Shown one piece after another: positions 8,354-18,154 of a stretch of 47,038 bases of DNA; the stretch's first letter is position 1, and each line of letters opens with the position of its first letter. The stretch is taken from NCBI GenBank assembly GCA_044868105.1, contig JBIOWC010000561.1, forward strand, positions 1 to 47,038, in the 5' to 3' direction. Source of the DNA: Blastocatellia bacterium. Lineage in GTDB: Bacteria > Acidobacteriota > Blastocatellia > UBA7656. The notes below the pieces were generated by a model that worked only from the letters and a program-made list of their open reading frames with translations, was not told where the DNA came from and did not search any database. The translations under genes and the position numbers were made by a program.

Positions 8354-10567
8354 ATGCGACGTTTAGCTACGCTACTATGCATAATCTTCTGCCTCACGGG
8401 GCTCGCTTCGGCGACGCTGGCGCAAAATAAACTCATCACGCTTGATGATATATTCGACCCGGTTAAGCGCGTCAATTTTAGCGGCAATCCGCCAACTGCG
8501 ATGCGTTGGCTCAATGACGGCGTTCATTATTTACAAGCCAAATCCGACCCGGAAACGCGCTCCTGGCAACTCCTGAAAATCAATGCTCAGAGCGGAAATG
8601 CCACGCCCTTTTATGACGCGGCAAAAATGGAAAAGGCTTTTGCGGCGTTAGCCGGTATGAGCCAGAGCGATGCCAAAGAATTGGCTCATCAGCAGAATTA
8701 CTTAATGAACGAGCAGGAAACTGCCGCGCTCATTAACACGGCGAATGATCTGTTTTATTATGAATTCGGCAGCGACAAAGCCCTGCGGCTGACCAACACA
8801 CCCGAACCTGAAGAAGGCGAAGAGTTCAGCCCCGACGGGCGCATGGTGAGTTTTGCGCGCAGCAATAACCTTTATCTGGTTGATATTCAGAGTCAAAAAG
8901 AACGGGCGCTGACGAACGACGGCAGCGGCAAAGTTTTCAATGGGCGATTGAACTGGGTTTATCAGGAAGAGTTGTACGGACGCGGCAATTTCAAAGGCTA
9001 CTGGTGGAGCCCCGATTCGACGCGTCTGGTTTACTTGCAACTCAATGACGCGCCGGTCGCCGAATTTACCATTGTTGACCATATTCCACATTTTCAAAAC
9101 ATCGAAAACACGCCCTATCCGAAAGCCGGAGACCCCAATCCACTTGCCAAACTCGGAGTCGTTGAGGCGGCCGGCGGTGCGACCCGTTGGGTAGATATTT
9201 TCAAATATGCCAGCGCCGAGCCGCTGATTGCCCGCGTCGCCTGGACGCCCGACGGCAAAAAAATCGTTTATGAAATTATGAATCGCGAGCAAACGTGGAT
9301 GGATTTAAATTATGCCGACCCCGTAAGCGGCCTCACGACAACTGCGGTTCACGAAACCACCAAGGCCTGGGTAGAAGGCGATGAATTGCCATTGCCAAGA
9401 TGGTTGAAAGATGGAAGCTTTCTGACGACCAGCGAAAGAAACGGCTGGAAACATATCTATCATTACAAGCCTGACGGCACCTTGATTCGTCAGGTGACGG
9501 ACGGCAAATGGGAGGCGCGCGTGCTGCATGGCGTTGACGAGGCGGGTTTCGTCTATTTCACGGGCACCAAAGACAGCCACCTTGCGCCGCAAGTTTATCG
9601 CATCAAGTTGGATGGCTCGGGATTAACCAGGCTCACGCCAAGCGACGGCACGCACACCGCGAATTTCAATCCGCAGATGACGATGTTTATTGATCATTGG
9701 AGCGACCTCAACACCCCCAATCAAGTTCGCTTATTTAAGGCGGATGGCAAAGTTGCCCGCGTCATTGATGAAAATAGAGTCGAGGTGTTGAAACAGTACA
9801 AGCTGAGTAAGCCGGAACTTTTGCAAGTCAAGACCCGCGACGGTTTTGTGATGGAAGCGATGATGATTAAGCCGCCGGATTTCGACGCGTCGAAAAAGTA
9901 TCCGGTGATGAGTTTCACTTACAGCGGGCCGCACGCGCCGCAGGTGCGCAACGCCTGGCAGGGCGCGACCATGATCTGGTATCAGTTGCTTGCCGAAAAA
10001 GGCTATATCATCTGGGTCTGCGACAATCGCACGGCCAGCGGCAAAGGCGCGGAATCCACCTGGCCAGTCTTCCATAATTTCGGCGAACTTGAACTGCGCG
10101 ATTTGGAAGATGGGTTGAATTACTTAAAAACGCTGGCTTATGTTGACGCGTCGCGCATCGGGCTTTCGGGGTGGAGTTTCGGCGGCTTTATGACATCCTA
10201 TGCCCTGACCCACAGCAAGAGTTTCAAGATTGGCATTGCCGGTGGCAGCGTCACTGACTGGCGTCTGTACGATACGATTTACACGGAGCGTTACATGGGC
10301 ACGCCGCAAAACAACCCCGAAGGATATAAGAAGAGTTCGGTGCTTGCGGCGGCCAAAGATTTAAGCGGCAAGTTGCTTTTGGTTCACGGCATGATTGATG
10401 ACAACGTGCATATGCAAAACACCATTCAGTTTGCTTATGAACTACAGAAAGCCGGGCGTCCCTTTCAACTCATGCTCTATCCGAAATCGCGTCATGGCGT
10501 CGTTGACCCGTATCTGGTCAAACATATGCGTTCGATGATGACCGATTTCATTTTGCAGAATCTATAA
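8354..10567 (+). CDS. Dipeptidyl peptidase IV-like S9B peptidase, secreted
   Basis: SD AAGGAG before ATG 8354; signal peptide; WVYQEE, YPKAG, GWSFGG nucleophile, DDNVH, SRHG triad residues. Confidence 0.95.
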   Translation: MRRLATLLCIIFCLTGLASATLAQNKLITLDDIFDPVKRVNFSGNPPTAMRWLNDGVHYLQAKSDPETRSWQLLKINAQSGNATPFYDAAKMEKAFAALAGMSQSDAKELAHQQNYLMNEQETAALINTANDLFYYEFGSDKALRLTNTPEPEEGEEFSPDGRMVSFARSNNLYLVDIQSQKERALTNDGSGKVFNGRLNWVYQEELYGRGNFKGYWWSPDSTRLVYLQLNDAPVAEFTIVDHIPHFQNIENTPYPKAGDPNPLAKLGVVEAAGGATRWVDIFKYASAEPLIARVAWTPDGKKIVYEIMNREQTWMDLNYADPVSGLTTTAVHETTKAWVEGDELPLPRWLKDGSFLTTSERNGWKHIYHYKPDGTLIRQVTDGKWEARVLHGVDEAGFVYFTGTKDSHLAPQVYRIKLDGSGLTRLTPSDGTHTANFNPQMTMFIDHWSDLNTPNQVRLFKADGKVARVIDENRVEVLKQYKLSKPELLQVKTRDGFVMEAMMIKPPDFDASKKYPVMSFTYSGPHAPQVRNAWQGATMIWYQLLAEKGYIIWVCDNRTASGKGAESTWPVFHNFGELELRDLEDGLNYLKTLAYVDASRIGLSGWSFGGFMTSYALTHSKSFKIGIAGGSVTDWRLYDTIYTERYMGTPQNNPEGYKKSSVLAAAKDLSGKLLLVHGMIDDNVHMQNTIQFAYELQKAGRPFQLMLYPKSRHGVVDPYLVKHMRSMMTDFILQNL

Positions 10568-10573
10568 AGAAAG

Positions 10574-10657
10574 GCTGAACGCTGAACTGAAAACGCAGGA
10601 TATATATGTCTGATACCGATTTATCTTTAGCATTCTTTCTTTAGTTCAGCGTTCAGC
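10574..10657. repeat. Heptamer-based inverted repeat, possibly a terminator
   Basis: GCTGAACGCTGAACT (10574-10588) and AGTTCAGCGTTCAGC (10643-10657), a perfect 15-bp inverted repeat. Confidence 0.8.
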
Positions 10658-10666
10658 GTTCTCCTT

Positions 10667-11101
10667 ATGAAGCCTGATCACCTCTTCGTTTACGGAACCT
10701 TGCTGCCGGGGTTGGTGCCGGATGAGATAAAAAATGTTGTCGAGCAACTGACCCTGGTCGGCGCCGGCTGGGCTCGCGGTCGGCTATACGATTTAGGCGC
10801 CTATCCCGGAGCGGTGCTTGATGAAGCTTCCCACACGAAAATTATCGGGAAGGTCTTCAGCTTACCTGCTGATGATGAGCGGTTGAGTGCGAGCCTGCTT
10901 GAAAGACTTGATGCTTATGAAGGGTATACGCCGGAGGATGAAACGCAAAATTTATTTATTAGAAAGCTCGCCCGCATTACCTTCCTTAACGGCGCCCATG
11001 TTGAATGCTGGATCTATGTTTATAATGGCAATCCGCAGGCTGCCGAGCTTATTCCGGATGGCAATTACGCAAAAAGAAAGCCCCCAGATGAATCCGCATA
11101 A
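10667..11101 (+). CDS. Gamma-glutamylcyclotransferase (AIG2-like) family protein
   Basis: LFVYGTL, GRLYDLGAYPG, LDAYEG and WIYVYN motifs. Confidence 0.92.
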   Translation: MKPDHLFVYGTLLPGLVPDEIKNVVEQLTLVGAGWARGRLYDLGAYPGAVLDEASHTKIIGKVFSLPADDERLSASLLERLDAYEGYTPEDETQNLFIRKLARITFLNGAHVECWIYVYNGNPQAAELIPDGNYAKRKPPDESA

Positions 11102-11248
11102 ACGGACCCTGCCGTAACAAATTTTTAGTTGGCAAAAAGTTTCAAGACTGCTGTATAAATAAACGTTGGCTCTGAACTTTTGCCACTCATCCAGCGTAGG
11201 GTGGTGTGAGTTTTCACTTATCAAATCAATTTTCAGGAGATTATTAAA

Positions 11249-11959
11249 ATGCAGCTAAGAAGAATCATGGCTTTTGCGGTCGTTGTATTGCTGATAGGCG
11301 CATCAGCGGCAATGGCGCAAGACAAATTTACGGGCAAATACAAGGGCGTGGCAAAGAGCGATGCAATGGGCGACCTCCCCATAGAAGTTAACCTTAAGAA
11401 CACCGGTGGCAAACTCTCAGGCTCAATTGACACAGCGCAAGGTTCAGCAACCATCACCGGCGGAATGATCAAAGACGATGGCTCCTTCACCATGACATTT
11501 GATGCAGGCGGAACCGAAGGCAAAGTTGAAGGCACCATTAAAGACGGTGTGGTCAGCGGCAAATGGGATTTGGGCGGCGTTGGTGGCGCGCTCAGCGCCA
11601 AGATGGATGGCGCTGCCGGAAGCGCTCCTTCGACCCCCGCAGCCACCCCAGCACCGGCCGCCGGTGGCGCAGTCGCCATGAGTGGCGATTGGGCAGGTGA
11701 AGCCGACGTGATGGGTCAAGCAATGCCCTTTACCCTCAAACTCACACAAGAAGGCAGCACCCTCAAAGGCACCAGTGAATCCGAGCAAGGCAGCGTCGCC
11801 ATCAGCAACGGCAAAGTTGAAGGCAACAAAATTTCCTTCACCATTGACAGTCCGCAAGGCGCCATCGTTTTAACCGGCGTGGTCGTCGGCGGCGAAATTA
11901 AAGGTGAATATGATTTCGCGGGTCAGATGAAAGGCGCTTGGAAAGCCAAAAAGAAATAG
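11249..11959 (+). CDS. Secreted protein with two homologous small beta-domains joined by a Pro/Ala linker
   Basis: Signal peptide ending AMA-Q; repeated G(K/D)(Y/W)xG...L..G.....G pattern; SD CAGGAG. Confidence 0.8.
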   Translation: MQLRRIMAFAVVVLLIGASAAMAQDKFTGKYKGVAKSDAMGDLPIEVNLKNTGGKLSGSIDTAQGSATITGGMIKDDGSFTMTFDAGGTEGKVEGTIKDGVVSGKWDLGGVGGALSAKMDGAAGSAPSTPAATPAPAAGGAVAMSGDWAGEADVMGQAMPFTLKLTQEGSTLKGTSESEQGSVAISNGKVEGNKISFTIDSPQGAIVLTGVVVGGEIKGEYDFAGQMKGAWKAKKK

Positions 11960-11977
11960 CTTCTTTGATTATTAAGC

Positions 11978-12007
11978 TTGGAGTACCGCTCGTAAACGGT
12001 ACTCCAA
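11978..12007. terminator. Palindromic hairpin (REP-like or terminator)
   Basis: TTGGAGTACCG-CTCGTAAA-CGGTACTCCAA just after the stop codon; related to 38199-38230. Confidence 0.7.
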
Positions 12008-12231
12008 CCCTTTCTCTTTACCATCAGGGATAAACCTGAACGACACCAACCCTCATTTGCCGAGCCCCACGGCAGCACTGCCAAATTTTGCGTCACCCGG
12101 CTTTCGACGCGCGCCTTTAGTCAAGAACTTCAAATTACGACTCAAAACCATCACGGCTTTCGCTTTCAGAGCAACAGTATGACGAGCCGCCCGACTGTTT
12201 GTTGGTCAAGCTATTTTGAGTGTCAATCGCC

Positions 12232-13326
12232 TTAGAAGCGGCGTGAGTACCCAACCAGAAGAACGTAGTCGGCAAACGCGGCATCGCCATGCCGATTATC
12301 CCGAATATCGGGTACGCTGCGGGTGCGGTTGCGGCGCAACGCCACCGGCACACTGAACGACCACTGGTCTTTCCCCTGCGAATAGATAAATCCAGGCTCT
12401 AGGGAGATGGCGTAACCGGGTCGTCTAAAGCCATCGCTCTTGCCAATCAAATCGGTTGATGGCACGCCTTCGCCTCTGATGCTCAGGCTCCAGGCGAAAC
12501 GATTAACTTTCGGGAATGGCATAACCGCGCCGGCGCGATAGAGGTATTGATCGGCCACCGACATCACCGCTTCCGACGGGCGGCGACCGGTGAGCACGCC
12601 ATTGGTGTTTCGCGGATTGATGAGATAGACCCCGGAAGCATAGAGCCGTGTGCGCTTGATGGCCTTGTAGGCCTGAAAATCCACCACCATGCCATAGCCC
12701 CCGTCGCCGGGTTGAATGGATTGGTCAACGTTGCGGGTTACCGGACCCTGCGGCGTGTTGACGGTATCGACAACGCCAGCATTGCCGGTCGGCAATTTTA
12801 CGCCAACCCCAATCGAGATATTTTGTCGGGATTCACTGGGCGGACGCAGCAACCACATGCGGCCAACGATGCTTATATCGCCAATGCCTTTCGCCTGGGT
12901 TTCTTGCTCCGGCGTGCGTTCATTGAACCGTCTGGCAAACAGCATGGGGACGCTCACCGAGAGGTTGAATCGGGGCGTGAACTCGTAGGTCGCAGCCACA
13001 TCGAGAACGTGAATGTAGTTGTTGACTTCGGTGCCCTGCTCTTCTCGTTCGTGCTGTTCTTCGGTGCCGACGAAATGGCGATGGGAGTGTTGATAACGAT
13101 AACCTACGGCGAGTTGCCAGCGGCGTGGACTGAACCAGGATTCGCCTGTTGAAGAACCGGCGGGAATGGTGTCACTAACGGTTTGCGGGCCAATCACGGG
13201 CACGCTTTGTCGTGCCGCCACTCAGCCCTGCGCCCAGGCATTATTGCCAGAGAAAGCGAGCCACACAAAGCTGGCCAAGCTGATGAAGAGAAACTGTCTG
13301 ATTTGACGCAAAGATAAGCTAATCAC
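12232..13326 (-). CDS. Putative selenoprotein: outer-membrane beta-barrel/transporter-like protein with Sec at codon 35 (364 aa)
   Basis: SD TAAGGAGGT (13332-13340), GTG start at 13326, 34 sense codons forming a signal peptide (MISLSLRQIRQFLFISLASFVWLAFSGNNAWAQG), in-frame TGA at 13222-13224, then VAARQSV... The body has GIGDISI, GVGVKLPTG and SIQPGDG motifs and ends in YSRRF (terminal Phe of OM barrels). Confidence 0.8.
13190..13224 (-). promoter_or_regulatory. Candidate bacterial SECIS hairpin immediately 3' of the UGA
   Basis: Minus strand reads UGA GUGGC GGCACG-ACAAAG-CGUGCC C GUGAUU: a 6-bp perfect upper stem (13199-13216) with an extendable G-U-rich lower stem. Confidence 0.5.
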
Positions 13327-13539
13327 TTTTTACCTCCTTACTCGTCTAAAAATATTGAGAACTAGTCCGCTTAATAAGCCTTACAACCAGATGCTTGAAT
13401 CGGTAAGGAAATGAGAAATCTGAAAAGTCGGAACCCTAAACAATGGAGAGCAGCATAGTCCAAAGTTCTGATTCTGTTATTAAACTATAGTTGGGGTTTG
13501 CACTATAACTTTTAATATAGAGGATGTCTGAAAAGTGAA

Positions 13540-13698
13540 AGCCCCGAAGGGGCGCGGGTTCAATAGCCCTGTGCCACGCGCCGGGTAGAGGCGACCCTCG
13601 ATGCCGCAGCCCTGCAAGGGCGCCATAGTCAGGTTTATTACGCCCTTGCAGGGCTGGTTTACAGGCGGCACGGGATACTGGGGCGAGGCCCCAGGCTA
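13540..13698. repeat. REP-like composite palindromic element
   Basis: GCCCCGAAGGGGC hairpin; AGCCCTGCAAGGGCG (13608-13622) and its inverse CGCCCTTGCAGGGCT (13641-13655); CTGGGGCGAGGCCCCAG hairpin. Confidence 0.7.
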
Positions 13699-13906
13699 TC
13701 GAATGGCGTCCGGCAGTTCAGACCCCCTCTAGTCCGAAGCCGAGGAAGTTGGATGGGGCTGGAGCTCGGTTGGTAGCGAGGGAAGGTTGAGTTGATAGGA
13801 TAGGGGCAACCCGACTGCAAGAAAGTTTATCGCCTGCTGCACGAAGCACCTTTAACCTGCGGCTAGACACGCAGGCTCTAAAAATGGACGGATGATCAGG
13901 GCAAAA

Positions 13907-15499
13907 TTACTTTTCAGTCAAGTACACCCGATAATCAATCTCCTGGAAAATGGTGTCGCGTGATTCGACCTCACGAAGCCAGGCTTCATCTATCTCATTT
14001 TTCTGAATCATCTCATAAAGCTTATTGAAGCGATGAATATGGTCGCGGAAGCGTTTGATGGCATATTGCACGGAGGTTGCGGTGGTAATAATAAAAGCCC
14101 AATCGGAAGATTCGGCCAGCAAGAGTTCGCGCGCCGCCTGGTTCAAAGCGCGTTGCAGCAATCCGTCGCTCTGCGGATAGGCCTGGGCGAGTTCGACCAT
14201 GCGGTCTTCGGCAACATGCTGATGCATATACATCCAATCGGTTTCATGGTTAATCCAGACGCGATAGTAACCTTCTGCGCCCCAGGACGAAGGGCTGAGG
14301 TCTTGGTGTTGATTGTCGGTGTACTCCTGCAAATAATCCAACGGCGTGGCGAGTTTCACATCCGACTGGTCGTAATGAATTTTGCGAATCAGGTAATTTA
14401 AAAACTGCGGGCCTTCAAACCACCAGTGCCCGAAGAGTTCCGCATCATACGGCGAAACGACCATCGGTTTGCGCCCCATCCACGAGCGCAGGCTGCGAAC
14501 CTGCGCCTGACGGTGAAACATAAAATGCCCGGCGTGTTGCGCGGCTTTTCCCGTCGCCCACGAGGGCACGTAAGGTTCTTTGCCTCCCAACTCAACTTTG
14601 CCGGTGACGCGATGGTATTTAATGCCTAAATTGCGGCGCACCCCGTCTTCGTGCAAATAAGGTTTGACGTATTCATAATCGCCATCAAATCCCAGATCGC
14701 GATAAAACTCGCGGTAATCGGGGTCGCCCGGATAACCAATCTCGGCGCTCCACACCTGTTCGCTGGTTTGCACATCGCGGGCAAAAGCGGCAACTCCGGC
14801 GGGTGTCATGACCGGCGCATAAATGCCGCGTCGCGGTTGCGGCGAACCAAACAAAATAGCGTGCGAATCAACGAAGAAATAACGAATGCCGGCTTCAGCG
14901 AGCAGGCTGTCAACGCCCGGCGCAAAAGCGCATTCGGGAAGCCAGATGCCAAGCGGTGCCCGTCCGAAATGTTTTTCGTAGTTGCGCTTGGCAACTTGAA
15001 TCTGGGCGCGGCGCACTTCCGTGCGCGTCATAAGCGGTAAAAAACCGTGCGTTGCGCCGCACGTCATGATGTCAATAGCACCTTGATCTTGCAGAGCGCG
15101 AAAACCGTTTAATAAATTGCGCTGGTATTTGCCCTCGAACAGATCGCGCGACGCGGTGAAGTGATTTAAATACATCTCGGCGGTTTCATGCATCGCCGGA
15201 TGATTTTTGGTGCGGACAATCTCTTGTTCACAAAGCTCAACCAGTTTGTTGACGTGCCGCAGGTAACGCTCCTGCAGATGCGGGTCGGCAAGCATTTCGC
15301 AAAGCGGCGGCGTCAGCCCGATGGTGACGCGCAGCGGAATCTCATCGGCGACGATATTTTCAAAAACATAAAGCAACGGCAAGTAGGTTTCGCTGATCGC
15401 CTCAAAGAGCCATTCCTCTTCGAGAAATTCAGGATATTCCGGGTGGCGCACAAACGGCAGATGGGCATGCAAAACAATGGCGAGCAGTCCTTGTTCCAT
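13907..15499 (-). CDS. GH57 family 1,4-alpha-glucan branching enzyme (DUF1957 domain)
   Basis: LHAHLPFVRHP, TCGATHGFLPL, GIWLPEC, PYDAELFGHWWFEG and LLAESSDWAF motifs. Confidence 0.95.
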   Translation of the reverse strand: MEQGLLAIVLHAHLPFVRHPEYPEFLEEEWLFEAISETYLPLLYVFENIVADEIPLRVTIGLTPPLCEMLADPHLQERYLRHVNKLVELCEQEIVRTKNHPAMHETAEMYLNHFTASRDLFEGKYQRNLLNGFRALQDQGAIDIMTCGATHGFLPLMTRTEVRRAQIQVAKRNYEKHFGRAPLGIWLPECAFAPGVDSLLAEAGIRYFFVDSHAILFGSPQPRRGIYAPVMTPAGVAAFARDVQTSEQVWSAEIGYPGDPDYREFYRDLGFDGDYEYVKPYLHEDGVRRNLGIKYHRVTGKVELGGKEPYVPSWATGKAAQHAGHFMFHRQAQVRSLRSWMGRKPMVVSPYDAELFGHWWFEGPQFLNYLIRKIHYDQSDVKLATPLDYLQEYTDNQHQDLSPSSWGAEGYYRVWINHETDWMYMHQHVAEDRMVELAQAYPQSDGLLQRALNQAARELLLAESSDWAFIITTATSVQYAIKRFRDHIHRFNKLYEMIQKNEIDEAWLREVESRDTIFQEIDYRVYLTEK

Positions 15500-15658
15500 A
15501 GCCTAGATGCTAGAGGTTCATCATTAGGGCGAGCAAGGTTAAAATGAAAACGAAGGTTTTTTTTGAAGCCCAACTTTTCTAAGGCCGCGTGAATGCGGGC
15601 CCTTTGGCCGACAGGGTGAAATCCGCGTACGCTGAGCGCTTGGTCAGCATTTCGGGTC

Positions 15659-16228
15659 TCAGTTCCTCGGCTCTTTTTTGGGTTTATCGGGATTGGGCAG
15701 TGATTCCAAATTTTGTTCGAGCAGATCGATGCGTCTGTTCAAATCCTCCAGCCTGGCGTTTTCCGTATTGAACTGCGCGGTTAAAGCGATTTCACGTTCA
15801 CGCATCCTTTGTTCGTGCTGTTTGAAACGTTCTGCCTGATCTTTTACTCTTTTAAGCTCGTCTGGATTTGCAAAGCCGCTTTCGACCTTTTTCTCAATCT
15901 CCTCTATCATCTCCGCGAGGCGTGGCGCTTCCGCTTTCATATCACTCAGTTGATTGCGCAGACCCTCGAGGTCGCGGTTGATGCGGCTGACTAAATCCTG
16001 CTGGGCGCGCAGCCGCTCGACCATGATTTGGGCGCGAAAAGCCGCCGTGCCGTTGCGCTCCATTGCCTGCCTGAGTTGCCGCACTTCATCAATTAAAACT
16101 TCAATCAGCTTTTGCTCGCCCGCGGCTTCGGATTTCTTCTCGATCTGGGCCTGAGCAGAAGCGCTTACCCAAAAGAGGGTGACCAGAAAAAAAACGCCAA
16201 TCTCCAATTTTCTATATTGTGACGCCAT
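15659..16228 (-). CDS. Secreted coiled-coil hypothetical protein
   Basis: Signal peptide (ASA-QA), long heptad-like Glu/Arg/Leu-rich body; SD AAGGAG. Confidence 0.75.
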   Translation of the reverse strand: MASQYRKLEIGVFFLVTLFWVSASAQAQIEKKSEAAGEQKLIEVLIDEVRQLRQAMERNGTAAFRAQIMVERLRAQQDLVSRINRDLEGLRNQLSDMKAEAPRLAEMIEEIEKKVESGFANPDELKRVKDQAERFKQHEQRMREREIALTAQFNTENARLEDLNRRIDLLEQNLESLPNPDKPKKEPRN

Positions 16229-16308
16229 TTTCTACTCCTTTCTTGAAGCTAAAAGTTTCAAGCAGGATAGCACAATCGCGAAAGAAAGACGTTCTCTCAG
16301 GTCTACCT

Positions 16309-17451
16309 TCAACCGAGCGATTCGGTTAACACGCGCCTCCAGTTGCCGCCCATGATCTTCTCTATCTCAGAGGCTTTGAAGCCATTTTTTTCCAACGCCG
16401 CATACAGGGTGAACATGCGGTTGATGTTATTGAGTTCGGAAATAACCACATGGCGAGGTTCTTTAGCAAATCCCAACACCCCTTGTTGGGCAACCGAACG
16501 CCACCACTCCAGATAGTCTTTAATGCCTTCGGCGTTGTTGTTATTGAGTTTCGCGAGATGCGGTTCGCCGCGCAGCGGGAAATCATTGGCAATCGCCGCC
16601 GCTTCAAGGCCGCCAATTTTAATGACGTGACGCAGTTGTTTAATTACCGCATCAATGGTCGGCGTTAAGTCATCGGTCAACCAGAAACTCATCATAAAAA
16701 TTCCGATGGCGCCGCCTGAACGGGCGACCCGGGTGATCACCTCATCGGCGGCGCAACGCGCATTGTTGACAATCGCCCGGCAGGCGCCGTGCGAAACCAT
16801 CACCGGCTTTTTACTGACGCGCAATACATCGAGCGCCGTCGGGTCGCCAACATGCGCCAAATCCGGAATGATGCCTAACTGATTCATTCGTTCAACGGCG
16901 GCAAACCCGAGTTTGGTCAGCCCCGTCCAGTTCTTTTCAATGCAACCGCCGCCGAAGGGGTTATTGTTATGATGGGTAATCTGCAAAACCCTGAGCCCCA
17001 GGTCGTAAAACAGCTCGATGCGCGAAAGGTCTTCGCCGAGCGGCTCACAACCTTGAAACTGCAAAAAGACCGCGGTCTTTCCCTGTCGAAAGGCTTCTTT
17101 GATCTGACTGCCTTTGGTGGCCAGAAAAGCGCTCTTTTTGCTTTCTAAACTTTGCCGCGCCTGGCGAATGGAATTCGAGCAAGCTTCAAAGGTGCGCCAG
17201 TAACGAATGCTGCCGTCTGCGGTTTTCAGTTGCGTGGCTTGCGAGACATCGGCAATGACTGCCGTGAGGCCCGAGGCGCGGAAATCTTCATCCGTGGTTT
17301 CGGGAACCGAAAGGCACAAACCATCAACAAAGGGAAAATCGGGTCTGTGGCGTTTGTGAGTGGTCGCCAGCCCCACGGGCGCCAGCGCCGCAAGGCTTGC
17401 CGTTTGGAGAAAGGCTCGGCGGGTGAGCCCGGACAAATCTTCTTTTCGCAT
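16309..17451 (-). CDS. Membrane dipeptidase (M19) family protein, Tat-exported
   Basis: TRRAFL twin-arginine motif; GLRVLQITH, DLAH, SHGAC and IMGGNW motifs. Confidence 0.88.
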   Translation of the reverse strand: MRKEDLSGLTRRAFLQTASLAALAPVGLATTHKRHRPDFPFVDGLCLSVPETTDEDFRASGLTAVIADVSQATQLKTADGSIRYWRTFEACSNSIRQARQSLESKKSAFLATKGSQIKEAFRQGKTAVFLQFQGCEPLGEDLSRIELFYDLGLRVLQITHHNNNPFGGGCIEKNWTGLTKLGFAAVERMNQLGIIPDLAHVGDPTALDVLRVSKKPVMVSHGACRAIVNNARCAADEVITRVARSGGAIGIFMMSFWLTDDLTPTIDAVIKQLRHVIKIGGLEAAAIANDFPLRGEPHLAKLNNNNAEGIKDYLEWWRSVAQQGVLGFAKEPRHVVISELNNINRMFTLYAALEKNGFKASEIEKIMGGNWRRVLTESLG

Positions 17452-17508
17452 GCTTCCTCTTCTTTGGGTTTCAGGGACGTTGCGACATATTACACGGTTA
17501 TCAATTGC

Positions 17509-17537
17509 TAGACAAAAGCCTCTGCAAATCTTATCTT
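17509..17537 (+). promoter_or_regulatory. Possible sigma70-type promoter for the ECF sigma gene
   Basis: TAGACA-N17-TATCTT ending 26 bp before ATG 17564. Confidence 0.4.
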
Positions 17538-17563
17538 GTAGCGAACCCTTAAAGGCGAGACGA

Positions 17564-18139
17564 ATGATAGAACAAAGCGATGCGGAATTGGTGCAGGCTT
17601 GCAGAAAGGGCGATGAATTCGCCTGGGAAAAATTGATTTCGCGTTACCAGCGATTAATCTACAGCATCCCGCGTCGGGCGGGTCTTGATGAAGATACGGC
17701 AACCGAAATTTTTCAAAATGTGTTCGCCAGTTTGGTTGAACAACTCGACCGTATCGAACAACCCGACCGCTTGCAGGCCTGGCTGGTGACGACCACGAAA
17801 CGCGAAACCTGGCGACTGATCTTCAAACAAAAAAATTTGCCTACCGAAAGTTTGCACAGCGAGACGGACGATGGCCAAGCCCTTGACCTACCCGACAGCG
17901 CGCCACTTGCCGATGATGTGTTGCTCAGACTCGAAGCCCAGAATCAGGTTCGCCAGGCCGTCGAAGCCTTGGATGAGCGCTGTAATCGCTTATTAAAGAT
18001 GTTGTTTTACACGGCTGAACCTCCGGCCTACGCAGAGATTACGACCGCGCTCGGCCTTCCATCAGGCAGCATCGGACCGACGCGGGCGCGTTGTTTGCAA
18101 AAATTATTGACCATTCTGCAAACTCAAGGATTTGCTTAA
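17564..18139 (+). CDS. ECF RNA polymerase sigma factor (type found beside CHAT proteases)
   Basis: SDAELVQAC..GDEFAW, region 2 (EIFQNVF...AWLVTT), region 4 ending GSIGPTRARCLQKL. Confidence 0.92.
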   Translation: MIEQSDAELVQACRKGDEFAWEKLISRYQRLIYSIPRRAGLDEDTATEIFQNVFASLVEQLDRIEQPDRLQAWLVTTTKRETWRLIFKQKNLPTESLHSETDDGQALDLPDSAPLADDVLLRLEAQNQVRQAVEALDERCNRLLKMLFYTAEPPAYAEITTALGLPSGSIGPTRARCLQKLLTILQTQGFA

Positions 18140-18154
18140 AAAACTTTTCGAGGA

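Noticed and set aside
11152-11180. Possible fourth ECF promoter (TGTATAAA-...-GAACTTT, GTAT-N18-AACT) upstream of 11249
   Set aside because: Both boxes mismatch (no TTT after GTA; AACT instead of CACT), and TATAAA is equally explained as a sigma70 -10.
17360-17563. Long N-terminal extensions of the sigma (from 17360) and anti-sigma (from 18091) in the ORF track
   Set aside because: They overlap neighbouring genes or the promoter motif; domain homology starts at ATG 17564 and ATG 18220.
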